NCBI GenBank assembly: GCA_963733295.1
Contig: CAVTCS010000003.1
Coordinates: forward strand, 2,496,001 to 2,560,000
DNA from: Vulcanimicrobiota bacterium
Lineage (GTDB): Bacteria > Vulcanimicrobiota > Vulcanimicrobiia > Vulcanimicrobiales > Vulcanimicrobiaceae
Length of the DNA stretch: 64,000 nucleotides
Direction of reading: 5' to 3'
Under the pieces are notes generated by a model, which saw only the letters and a list, made by a program, of their open reading frames with translations, was not told where the DNA came from and made no database searches. Made by a program: the position numbers and the translations under genes. Every line of letters starts with the position of its first letter. Position 1 is the first letter of the stretch. Below, in pieces: positions 26,127-34,793 of this stretch.

Positions 26127-27887
26127 ATGGCACTGCAAAAACCGGTCGATGCGCTCTGCATCGGTTTCGGCTGGACCGGCGCGATCATCGCGAACGAATT
26201 GACCAAGGCCGGCCACAGCGTGGTCGGACTCGAGCGCGGCGAGTATCGCAACACCGATCCTGATTTCGCGATCCCCTCGGTGCACGACGAGCTGTCGTAC
26301 GCGATTCGCTACAAGCTTTTTCAGGACGCCTCGCGCGAGACGTACACCTTCCGCAACGAGCGTTCGCAGACCGCATTGCCGATCCGGCAGTTCGGTTCGT
26401 TTTTGCCAGGCGACGGTTTAGGCGGCGCGGGCGTTCACTGGAACGGCACGACGTACCGCTTCACGCCCTGGGACTTTCAGACTCGCAGTCAATCGATCGC
26501 GCGTTACGGCGCGGCGATTCTCGGCGAGTGCACCTCGCAAGATTGGGGCGTCACTTACGACGAGCTCGAGCCTTTCTACGACCGGTTCGAGAAGACGGCG
26601 GGCATCGGCGGTAAGGCGGGTAACTTGCGCGGCAAGAAGATTCCCGGCGGGAATCCGTTCGAGGGACCGCGTCAGAACGAGTATCCGCAAGCTCCGATGC
26701 TGCGCAACTACTCGGGTGCGCTTTGGGCCGAAGCCGCGACGGGTCAAGGCTTCCATCCCTACCCCATGCCCTCCGCGAACTCGACCGGCGCTTACACGAA
26801 TCCCGACGGCGTGCAGAGCGGCGCGTGCGTCTACTGCGGCTACTGCGAGAGATTCGCGTGCGAGATGAGCGCGAAGGCCAGCATGCAGACGACTCTGCTG
26901 CCGGTCCTGCGGAAGAACAAGAACTTCGAGCTGCGCCTCAAGTCGACCGTCCTGAAGATCAATCTTGACAAGTCGGGCAAGAAAGCGGTCAGCGTCACCT
27001 ACCTCGACTCGCAGGGTCGCGAGCAAGAACAGCCGGCAGAAATGATTTTCTTGACGGCCTTCGGTCTCAATAACGTCCACCTGATGCTGTATTCGGGCAT
27101 CGGCAAGCCGTACGACCCCATTACGAACGAGGGCGTTGTAGGACGCAACTATGCATACCAGGCGAACACCGGCGGGACGTATTTCTTCAACAGCGGGAAA
27201 GTCTTCAATTCGTTCATGGGCTCGGGTTCGATGGGCGTCACCTTCGACGACTTCAACGCCGACAATTTCGACCACACCTCACTCGGCTTCATTGGCGGCG
27301 CCGGCTTACAACAAAATACGACCGGCGGCCGTCCGATCCAATTCCATCCCGTTCCCGCCGATACGCCGAAATGGGGCTCGGCCTGGAAGAAGGCTGTCGC
27401 CCACTACTACCAGCGCGCTTTCCCCGGCGGCGCTCAGGGCGGCGTTCAGGCGTACCGCGGGAACTACTGCGATCTCGATCCGACCTACCGCGACGTTTAC
27501 GGCCGCCCCCTCATGCGCATAACTTTCGACTGGGGCCCGAACGAGCACAAGCAAAGCGCATTCATGGTGACCGTCCACCAAAAGATGGCCAAAGCGCTCG
27601 GCGCGTCGAGCCTCATCAGCGGAGCGCTGCCCGAACACTACGACATCGTGCCGTACCAGAGCACGCACACGACGGGCGGAGCGATCATGGGAGTCGATCC
27701 GCACACGAGTGCGATCAATAAGTACGGACAAGTATGGGACGTCTCCAACGTGTTCTCAACCGGTGCGAGCTCGTTTCCGCAGAACGCCGGTTACAATCCG
27801 ACCGGCACGGTCGGCGCACTGGCGTATCACACCGTGGCCGCCGTGCTCGAGCGGTATGTGAAGAGTCCCGGACCCCTCGTCTCCTAG
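26127..27887 (+). CDS. GMC oxidoreductase, gluconate 2-dehydrogenase flavoprotein-like
   Basis: IGFGWTG, LERG, GLGGAGVHW, CVYCGYCERFAC, YQSTHTTGGA, YNPTGT. Confidence 0.92.
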   Translation: MALQKPVDALCIGFGWTGAIIANELTKAGHSVVGLERGEYRNTDPDFAIPSVHDELSYAIRYKLFQDASRETYTFRNERSQTALPIRQFGSFLPGDGLGGAGVHWNGTTYRFTPWDFQTRSQSIARYGAAILGECTSQDWGVTYDELEPFYDRFEKTAGIGGKAGNLRGKKIPGGNPFEGPRQNEYPQAPMLRNYSGALWAEAATGQGFHPYPMPSANSTGAYTNPDGVQSGACVYCGYCERFACEMSAKASMQTTLLPVLRKNKNFELRLKSTVLKINLDKSGKKAVSVTYLDSQGREQEQPAEMIFLTAFGLNNVHLMLYSGIGKPYDPITNEGVVGRNYAYQANTGGTYFFNSGKVFNSFMGSGSMGVTFDDFNADNFDHTSLGFIGGAGLQQNTTGGRPIQFHPVPADTPKWGSAWKKAVAHYYQRAFPGGAQGGVQAYRGNYCDLDPTYRDVYGRPLMRITFDWGPNEHKQSAFMVTVHQKMAKALGASSLISGALPEHYDIVPYQSTHTTGGAIMGVDPHTSAINKYGQVWDVSNVFSTGASSFPQNAGYNPTGTVGALAYHTVAAVLERYVKSPGPLVS

Positions 27888-27899
27888 CCTTGCGCTAGG

Positions 27900-28292
27900 C
27901 TATTCCTGGCGGGACGGCGTCGGGTTCTTGGTCTGGGGATAGAGGAAGATGCGATCGGCGTGCCGCACGCCAAGCGCCTTTTGATCGTAGTAGACTTTGA
28001 CGAACACGCCGGGCTTGATGTCCTTCATTTGATACGTCGTCTTCCCGTCGTCCGAAAAGATCTGATCGAACTTCGGAAAGATCTCGAAGGCAATCGAGTC
28101 CTTCTGGTTGACGTCGTAAATCTTGATGTTCGTCGACGACACGTGCTGAACGTAGCCGTAAATGATGTTGACGGCGGTGGCTGCCTGGACGGGAACCGGC
28201 GCGAACGTCGCCGCCGACGCCGCGCCGAGGAAGATTGCAGCCGCGAGGCGCGCGGCCGGAATGCACTTGGGCCGATTCAAACGATATTTCAT
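27900..28292 (-). CDS. hypothetical exported beta-rich protein (DUF5666/OB-fold-like)
   Basis: Signal peptide; IYGYVQHVS...IKPGVFVKVYY...ADRIFL. Confidence 0.6.
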   Translation of the reverse strand: MKYRLNRPKCIPAARLAAAIFLGAASAATFAPVPVQAATAVNIIYGYVQHVSSTNIKIYDVNQKDSIAFEIFPKFDQIFSDDGKTTYQMKDIKPGVFVKVYYDQKALGVRHADRIFLYPQTKNPTPSRQE

Positions 28293-28630
28293 GTCGGTCC
28301 CTGTACCCGGTTCGCTGAATCCATAAGCAGTGTATCGAACGAGGACGCGCAACGCACCGCGGGAGCGATAGCCAAATACCTTTGCGGGAATAGTCCGTCG
28401 AGCGAGGCTTCGCAAAAGCCGACCGGAGCGGAGTTCGACCTTTTGCGGAGCTCGCCGCGGGCTCGCGGTACCTTCCACGCGAGCTCCGTGCCCTTGGCCG
28501 GCAAAGGGTCCTAGTGCAAAAGGGCCCGCTCCCGGGAAAAACCTCGCTCCGAACAATCCGAAAATGGGGACGGAGGGGCCGCCGCCGAAGAACCTCCTAG
28601 GAACTTCTTGGCACGGGTGCGCTTCTAAGG

Positions 28631-28882
28631 ATGAATATCCGACATATCGGAAACGTGATCTGCAAGAAATGCGGACACCCCGGTCCGAAGAGCGGGACAG
28701 TCTCAGCGGTCGTCGACGAACGCGGGAATCGTGTGATCGAGCGCAATCCGTTGGATCCCGTCGCGTCGCTTTGCGCGGCGTGCGGTCACGAAACGCCGCT
28801 CTTTCACGGCAGCAATTTTACGCCCGTATCGATGACGCTCGCAAAAGACGGTCAAACCGTCAGGCTGATCCCGGAAGCTTAA
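28631..28882 (+). CDS. small zinc-ribbon protein
   Basis: 83 aa with CKKCGH and CAACGH pairs. Confidence 0.6.
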   Translation: MNIRHIGNVICKKCGHPGPKSGTVSAVVDERGNRVIERNPLDPVASLCAACGHETPLFHGSNFTPVSMTLAKDGQTVRLIPEA

Positions 28883-29497
28883 CTTCGCATCGAAGCCGAT
28901 CTAACGACGCTGCCGTGGCTGGAAGCCTATAAGCTGCTCATCGGAAGCGTCGTTCCCCGCCCGATCGCCTGGGTTTCGACGACCAGCAGCGACGGCGTCA
29001 ACAACGTTGCGCCATTCTCTTTCTTCAACGCGTTCAGCGCCGAGCCCGTGATCTTGGGCTTCGCCCCGATGGCGAGCGAGGATCGCCCGCAAAAGGATAC
29101 GCTCGCCAACATCAGGGCGCGCGAAGAGTTCGTCATCAATATCGCGACGCAAGCGACGCTCGTGCAGATGGATACGACAGGCAGAACCTTTCCGCCCGAG
29201 GTGGACGAGTTTCGCGTCGCAGGGCTTACGCCGGCGCCGTCCTCCGCGGTAAAACCGCCCCGCATCGCCGAGTCACCGATCAACTTCGAATGTAAGCTCT
29301 TTTCGCTCGTGCCCTTGGGTGACGGTCGAGGTTCGTCTACGCTCGTCCTCGGCCGCGCCGTTTACGTTCATATCGCTGACGAGATCTTACGCGATGGGAA
29401 AATCGATGCCGGTCTGCTGGAGCCGGTCGCACGCATGGGCGGCCCGTTCTACGCTCGTCCGGAAATACTACCGTTCCGGCGCTCCGACCGTTCCTAG
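28883..29497 (+). CDS. flavin reductase-like FMN-binding protein (no canonical start codon)
   Basis: Frame open from 28883: LRIEADLTTLPWLEAYKLLIGSVVPRPIAWVST...NVAPFSFFN, KDTLANI, PPRIAESP..FEC, PVARMGG. Confidence 0.85.
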   Translation, partial: LRIEADLTTLPWLEAYKLLIGSVVPRPIAWVSTTSSDGVNNVAPFSFFNAFSAEPVILGFAPMASEDRPQKDTLANIRAREEFVINIATQATLVQMDTTGRTFPPEVDEFRVAGLTPAPSSAVKPPRIAESPINFECKLFSLVPLGDGRGSSTLVLGRAVYVHIADEILRDGKIDAGLLEPVARMGGPFYARPEILPFRRSDRS

Positions 29498-29500
29498 CCG

Positions 29501-32065
29501 GTGAAGCCCGAAACGCTCTTCATCAGCCGCGCCGGCGCCGACGCGGCCTTCGCCGCCGAGATCGGCCGCATTCTCGAGGCTGCGGGCTATGGCGTGATCT
29601 TGCAGCAGTGGGATTTCGCCAACCGCAATTTCATCGAACGCATTCACGAATCGCTCGCCGGCGGCGCGCAGGTCGTCGCGCTGCTGTCGCCCGACTATCT
29701 GCGCACCGACTATTGCGCGGCGGAGTGGCAAAACGCCATTGCGGGCGATCCGCTCAACACCAAAGGCCGCCTCGTTCTGCTGCGCGTCGCCGAGTGCGAA
29801 CCGGTGGGACTCCTGGCCGGTATCGCTTACTGGGATCTCGTTCCCATCCGTGACAACCGGACGTTGCTCGCGGAAGTCGTGCGCACTGCGGTTCGCACCG
29901 ATCGTCGCGACGCGGCGCCGGTGGATGGCCCATACCGGCGTGCGCCACGCACCATCCTCGATGCGGAAGCGATTCGCCCGACCCTCGGTTTCACCGGACG
30001 CGAAGAGGAGCTCACGGCCATCGCTTGCGCCTTGCGAGAAAACGACGCCGTCGCGGCAATCCACGGACTGGGCGGAACGGGAAAGTCGTCGCTCGCACGC
30101 GAGTTTGCTTGGCGGCATCGCGACGAACACTCGGTCGTGTGGTGGCTCAATGCGGAAAGCGAGAGCGCGGTCATCGACGGACTGCTGCACCTCGGCGGGC
30201 TCTTCGTGCGCGGTCTCGACCAACTTGCCGACCGGCGCGCCGCGGCACAACAAGTGACGACCACCGTGCTGGCAGGTTTCGCAAAGCCGGTCATGCTGAT
30301 CTTCGACAACCTCGAAGACGAGCAGCTGCTGCGCGTTTGGCGTCCTCGCACGCAGGCACACATTGTCGCAACCTCGCGCAACTCGGCGTGGGGCAGCGAC
30401 GTCGTTTCGATTCCGGTCACCGCCTGGCCGCTCGCCGACGCGATCGCCTACCTTCGCCGCGAGAGCGGACGCAACGATTTCAGCGAGGCGGAGGCGCGAG
30501 CGCTCGCCGAACGCCTCGGCTCGCTACCGCTGGCCTTGGCACATGCGGCTGCGTATCTGCGGGGAACTCGCATGGTGACACCGAGCCGCTATCTCGAGCG
30601 CATCGCCGATCATCTTGCGGGCGCCCCGCGGACCGCCGAGTATCCGCGCTCGGTGTTCGCCACGTTTCAAACGGCGATTGCCGAAGCCGAGCAACAGGCC
30701 CCGGGAGCCGCGGCCGTCTTGTGTCTCGCCGCCCAGTTCGCTCCCGATGCGATCCCCGACGAACTCTTCCGTCAGAGCCTCGACCTCTATCCCGAGGGTT
30801 TGCGCCCGGTTCTGCCCGCAGACGCATCGGCGCTCGACTTACGTGCTTCGCTGACGGACGGTATGCGCGTCGACGAGGCGCTCGGGGCGCTCGACCGGTT
30901 GTCCCTGCTGGGTTTCTCCGAGGCGACGCAGACGTACTCGCTGCATCGCCTCGTGCAAATGGCCGCGCGCGATCTGGTCGGCACGGCAGCGCGCCGGTGG
31001 ACCGAGGGCGCCGTCGCCACGACCGATGTACTCTTCCCACCGGTTGAGTTCGGCACGTGGCCGCAATGCGAGCGCATGATCGCGCACGCGCGGGTCGCGC
31101 TGGACGACTTGCCTGACGACACGGCGTTTTTGCCGGCAAGCCGCCTCGCGAACCGGTGCAGCGAGTATCTGACGGCGCGAGCCCTCTATGCGGAAGCGGG
31201 CCGGCTAGCGCAGCGTGCCCTGACGATTCTGGAAAGGGCGCTCGGTGCCGAGCACCCCGACGTTGCGCAGAGCTTGACCAATCTCGCGAACGCGCACTGG
31301 CGGGCGGGACGCTACGCCGAGGCGGAATCGGTGTACGCGCGTTCGTTGACGATTTACGAGCATGCTCTAGGCCCCGACCATCCTGAAGTGGGGAAGAGCC
31401 TCAACAACCTCGCGGGCGCGTACTTGAAGGAGGGACGCTACGCGGAGGCGGCCTCGCTGTTCGCGCGTTCGCTGACGATTTGGGAGAAAGCGCGCGGTCC
31501 TGAACATCACAATGTCGCAATCGCACTCAACAACCTGGCCGGGGTGTATGTCCACGAGGGACGTTACTCGGAAGCGGAGCCGCTGTACGCGCGTGCGCTT
31601 GCGATCCAGGAGAAGGTTCTCGGTCCCGGCGACCCCGCCGTCGCCATGTCTTTGTGCAACCTTGGAAACCTTGCTGCTCGACAAGAGCGCTTTGCCGATG
31701 CGGAGCAGCCGTACCGGCGCGCTCTGGCGATCTGGGAGGAGGCGGTCGGCGCCGACCACCCGGACGTCGGCGACTGCCTGAACGGACTCGCGCACCTCTA
31801 TGTCAAGCAGGCGCGCTACCCGGACGCCGAACCACTGGCGCTGCGTGCGTTGGCAATTCGTGAGAAAGTCCTAGGCGGCGACCACGCGGATGTCGCCGAA
31901 ACGCTTGGGATCCTTAGCGAACTCTACTCGAATCAGGGGCGCCACGACGAAGCCCTGCAGACCGCCGAGCGCGCGCTAGCAATCTTCGAGAAGGCTCTCG
32001 GTTCACAGCATCCGGCTACGTTGACGGCGCACAAGGATTTGGCGGCGATGAAAGCGCGAACCTGA
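29501..32065 (+). CDS. TIR - NB-ARC (STAND ATPase) - TPR protein, NLR-like
   Basis: TIR (LFISRAGAD...LLSPDYL...CAAEW), Walker A GLGGTGKS, Walker B LIFDNLED, GSLPLAL, SLHRLVQ, ~7 42-aa TPRs (LG.DHP.V..SLNNLA). Confidence 0.9.
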   Translation: MKPETLFISRAGADAAFAAEIGRILEAAGYGVILQQWDFANRNFIERIHESLAGGAQVVALLSPDYLRTDYCAAEWQNAIAGDPLNTKGRLVLLRVAECEPVGLLAGIAYWDLVPIRDNRTLLAEVVRTAVRTDRRDAAPVDGPYRRAPRTILDAEAIRPTLGFTGREEELTAIACALRENDAVAAIHGLGGTGKSSLAREFAWRHRDEHSVVWWLNAESESAVIDGLLHLGGLFVRGLDQLADRRAAAQQVTTTVLAGFAKPVMLIFDNLEDEQLLRVWRPRTQAHIVATSRNSAWGSDVVSIPVTAWPLADAIAYLRRESGRNDFSEAEARALAERLGSLPLALAHAAAYLRGTRMVTPSRYLERIADHLAGAPRTAEYPRSVFATFQTAIAEAEQQAPGAAAVLCLAAQFAPDAIPDELFRQSLDLYPEGLRPVLPADASALDLRASLTDGMRVDEALGALDRLSLLGFSEATQTYSLHRLVQMAARDLVGTAARRWTEGAVATTDVLFPPVEFGTWPQCERMIAHARVALDDLPDDTAFLPASRLANRCSEYLTARALYAEAGRLAQRALTILERALGAEHPDVAQSLTNLANAHWRAGRYAEAESVYARSLTIYEHALGPDHPEVGKSLNNLAGAYLKEGRYAEAASLFARSLTIWEKARGPEHHNVAIALNNLAGVYVHEGRYSEAEPLYARALAIQEKVLGPGDPAVAMSLCNLGNLAARQERFADAEQPYRRALAIWEEAVGADHPDVGDCLNGLAHLYVKQARYPDAEPLALRALAIREKVLGGDHADVAETLGILSELYSNQGRHDEALQTAERALAIFEKALGSQHPATLTAHKDLAAMKART

Positions 32066-32091
32066 AGATCCCCACGACGAAAGGACTGTCT

Positions 32092-32472
32092 ATGGGAACC
32101 CTAGCCGAACAACAGTGCGTTCCATGCCGCGGCGATGTGCCGCCGCTGACGCGAGAGCAACTCGCTCCGTTGGTCGCGCAGATCGACGGGGCGTGGGAAG
32201 TGCGCGACGTTCCCGACGAGCGTCGCGGCTCGGTGACGATGCTGAAGCGCGAATACCGCTTCAAAGACTTCAAAGACGCAATGGTCTTTGCGGACGGCGT
32301 CGGAGCGATCGCCGAGGAGCAGCAGCATCATCCGGACTTGCACGTGGCTTGGGGGAAGGTCGGCGTGGAAATTTGGACGCATAAGATCGGCGGCCTCACC
32401 GAAAGCGACGTGGTCTTCGCTGCCAAGTGCGATGCGCTCTATTCGGATACTTCGGCGAGCGGACTCGCGTAG
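32092..32472 (+). CDS. phhB: pterin-4-alpha-carbinolamine dehydratase
   Basis: CVPCRG, FKDF, AEEQQHHPDL, WTHKIGGLTESD..FAAKCD. Confidence 0.9.
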   Translation: MGTLAEQQCVPCRGDVPPLTREQLAPLVAQIDGAWEVRDVPDERRGSVTMLKREYRFKDFKDAMVFADGVGAIAEEQQHHPDLHVAWGKVGVEIWTHKIGGLTESDVVFAAKCDALYSDTSASGLA

Positions 32473-32475
32473 GCG

Positions 32476-32514
32476 CGTAACCAAAACGTAACCAAAACGT
32501 AACCGGAACGGAAC
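32476..32514 (+). repeat. 11-bp direct-repeat array (GTAAC-N6)x3-GGAAC, probable OmpR/GlnR-type operator
   Basis: CGTAACCAAAA CGTAACCAAAA CGTAACCGGAA CGGAAC, ~55 bp upstream of narK. Confidence 0.7.
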
Positions 32515-32570
32515 TTTGCTGCACCGTTTCGGTCCCCGAACGCAGAGATGGACGCGATGTGCGTCGAACC

Positions 32571-34154
32571 ATGGCGAACTCGACGAACCGATTTCAGTCG
32601 CTGGACTTGTCGCATTTGAACGTTTTGCATCGCCGTCAGCAAGGGGCCGCCACGCAGAACTCGCGTCAATCCTACATCAATCTTGCCTTGGCGATGGCGG
32701 CGTTCACGGTGTCTTTCGCGGCGTGGAGCGTCATCTCGCCGCTTTCCCACCAGATCCAGACCGACTTCAAGCTCGACAACACTTCGATCGGTCTGTTGAT
32801 CGCCATGCCGGCACTGCTCGGCGCCTTGATGCGTATCCCGGTGGGTATTCTCACCGACCGTTTCGGCGGCCGCAAAGTGTTCACGGGACTCTTGCTGTTC
32901 ATCTTAGTCCCGCTCGTGCTTTTAGGCTTTGCGAACTCGTACGTGGCCTATTTGGTGGGCGGTTTCTTCCTCGGCACGGCAGGAGCAAGTTTTGCGGTCG
33001 GCGTGCCGTTCGTCAGCCGTTGGTTTTCGCGGGACAGGCAAGGCGTGGCGCTGGGCATCTACGGCATCGGCAACATCGGCACGGCGGCCACCGTCTTCGC
33101 GATGGCCCCGCTCGTGCATACACTCGGCGGCCGCCAGGGCGCGATGTGGTTTTTCATGATCCCCGTGGCGCTGATGGCAATCGTCTTTTGGCTGTTCGCC
33201 CGGGATGCACCAGGACTCGTCGAGCCGCAACCGCTCGGCACGAGCATTGCTGCACTTGGTCGTAAGCCGATTGCTTGGCACCTGGGGTTCTTTTACTTCG
33301 TGACGTTCGGCGGCTTCGTTTTCTTCGCTAATTATCTGCCCCAACTGCTCGTCGACTGGTTTCCATCGGACAGGCAAGACGCAGGTTTGCAAGCGGCGAT
33401 CTTTACCATGGGCGCAACTTTGTCTCGACCCGTCGGCGGCTGGCTGGCCGACCAGCTCGGCGGCGCGAAAGTTCTGATTTGGGTTTTTGCGTTCGTCGTC
33501 CTCACGAGACTCATGCTGGCCTGGGAAGCAGGCAACGCGAACATCGTGATCGTTACCGACCTGCTCTTTGCTCTCGCCCTCATCTTCGGATTCGGCAATG
33601 GAGCGGTCTTCAAATTAGTCGCCCAATTCTTCCCGAAGAACACGGGGCTAGCCGCCGGCATCGTGGGCGCGGCGGGCGGTCTCGGCGGCTTCTTCCCACC
33701 CTTGATCATGGGCACGGTGAAAGATCACACCGGCAGCTATGCGCTCGGCTTCATCATACTCGCGGCCTTGGCCGGCCTCTGCCTGGCACTGCTACTTTTC
33801 AACCCTCAAGAGGCACCGGCCGGCGATTCCGCGAGCACGCCTCATTTGACGGACGACACACCGGGCTATCCTGACGGGGCCTTAACGTCGCAATCGGCGC
33901 TCCTATCAGGTCCCGGAATCGACGGCAGGGCAAGGCGAGGTGTTCGGCGCGCGCCCTCAGCAACCCGAGTCCTGACACAAGAAGGCGAAGACAGCGAAAC
34001 CTTTCAGCGCTTAGTCAACTTTCTCGCATATCGCCGGCCCGTCGATCCCAATGCGCTTTCAGTTGGAGCCGCGGCCGATTATCTCGACGCAGCGAGGAAC
34101 GACGCGCGTTCCATCATCGCAATTCTTGAAGGCCGCCGCTCAGAAGACAAATAG
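32571..34154 (+). CDS. narK: nitrate/nitrite MFS transporter (NarK/NasA family) with C-terminal extension
   Basis: RIPVG.LTDRFGGR, GASFAVG, GIGNIG, YFVTFGGF, GFGNGAVFK, GAAGGLGGFFPP. Confidence 0.88.
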   Translation: MANSTNRFQSLDLSHLNVLHRRQQGAATQNSRQSYINLALAMAAFTVSFAAWSVISPLSHQIQTDFKLDNTSIGLLIAMPALLGALMRIPVGILTDRFGGRKVFTGLLLFILVPLVLLGFANSYVAYLVGGFFLGTAGASFAVGVPFVSRWFSRDRQGVALGIYGIGNIGTAATVFAMAPLVHTLGGRQGAMWFFMIPVALMAIVFWLFARDAPGLVEPQPLGTSIAALGRKPIAWHLGFFYFVTFGGFVFFANYLPQLLVDWFPSDRQDAGLQAAIFTMGATLSRPVGGWLADQLGGAKVLIWVFAFVVLTRLMLAWEAGNANIVIVTDLLFALALIFGFGNGAVFKLVAQFFPKNTGLAAGIVGAAGGLGGFFPPLIMGTVKDHTGSYALGFIILAALAGLCLALLLFNPQEAPAGDSASTPHLTDDTPGYPDGALTSQSALLSGPGIDGRARRGVRRAPSATRVLTQEGEDSETFQRLVNFLAYRRPVDPNALSVGAAADYLDAARNDARSIIAILEGRRSEDK

Positions 34155-34165
34155 AAGGCCGTTCC

Positions 34166-34300
34166 TTAACGCTTTGGGATCTCGAGCGTTGTACGCATGA
34201 TGCTCACGACGTAGGGATTCCAGGTGGAGACCGTCCAGTAGATCGTGGCTCTGCGGCTCTCCGGTTTGCCCACGTATGCCCACCGTGTTAGGCTGGATTC
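34166..34300 (-). pseudogene. 3' remnant resembling a DUF4185-type C-terminus
   Basis: ...RATIYWTVSTWNPYVVSIMRTTLE resembles the recalled DUF4185 terminal motif; there is no room for the rest of the gene. Confidence 0.4.
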
Positions 34301-34408
34301 TCGTATGTCGCTCGCAGCGCTGCGAAAAATCGTCTCTATGGGAAACGGCAGCTCGTGGATTACGATCACGCTGGGTGCCCACCGAGCCGTAGATGGAAAG
34401 TGCAAACG

Positions 34409-34792
34409 ATGAAACTGGATAGTAAGGGCCTTGGAGTGCTGGGGGCGCTCGTCGTTTTGCTCGGCCTTCCCGCCGGTGCATCCCCGAGTGACACGGATTT
34501 CATGAACCAGGTTAACGCAGCTATGACAAAGATGATGGCTGGGATGAGCGTCGCGCCCTCAGGCAACGTTGATAAGGACTTCGTTGCAACGATGGTGCCG
34601 CACCATCAAGGCGCGATCGACATGGCTCGGGCCGAATTGCGCTATGGGCAGAACGAACAGTTGCGGCGCCTTGCACAGGAGATTATCGTGACGCAGCACG
34701 AGGAAATCGCCGCAATGCGACTCGCCGTGGGCGAGACTCTCCCGCATTCTACACTGACACCGGAACGAATGTCCGAGGAAAGCGAGCGCTAG
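34409..34792 (+). CDS. exported DUF305 (CopM-like) protein
   Basis: Signal peptide; DKDFVATMVPHHQGAIDMA..EL.YG...LAQEII..Q..EI..M. Confidence 0.85.
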   Translation: MKLDSKGLGVLGALVVLLGLPAGASPSDTDFMNQVNAAMTKMMAGMSVAPSGNVDKDFVATMVPHHQGAIDMARAELRYGQNEQLRRLAQEIIVTQHEEIAAMRLAVGETLPHSTLTPERMSEESER

Positions 34793-34793
34793 C

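Noticed and set aside
31140..32040. 126-bp periodicity
   Set aside because: Explained by the coding 42-aa TPR repeats
32476..32514. Direct repeats as a CRISPR array
   Set aside because: 11-bp tandem units with no spacers and no cas genes
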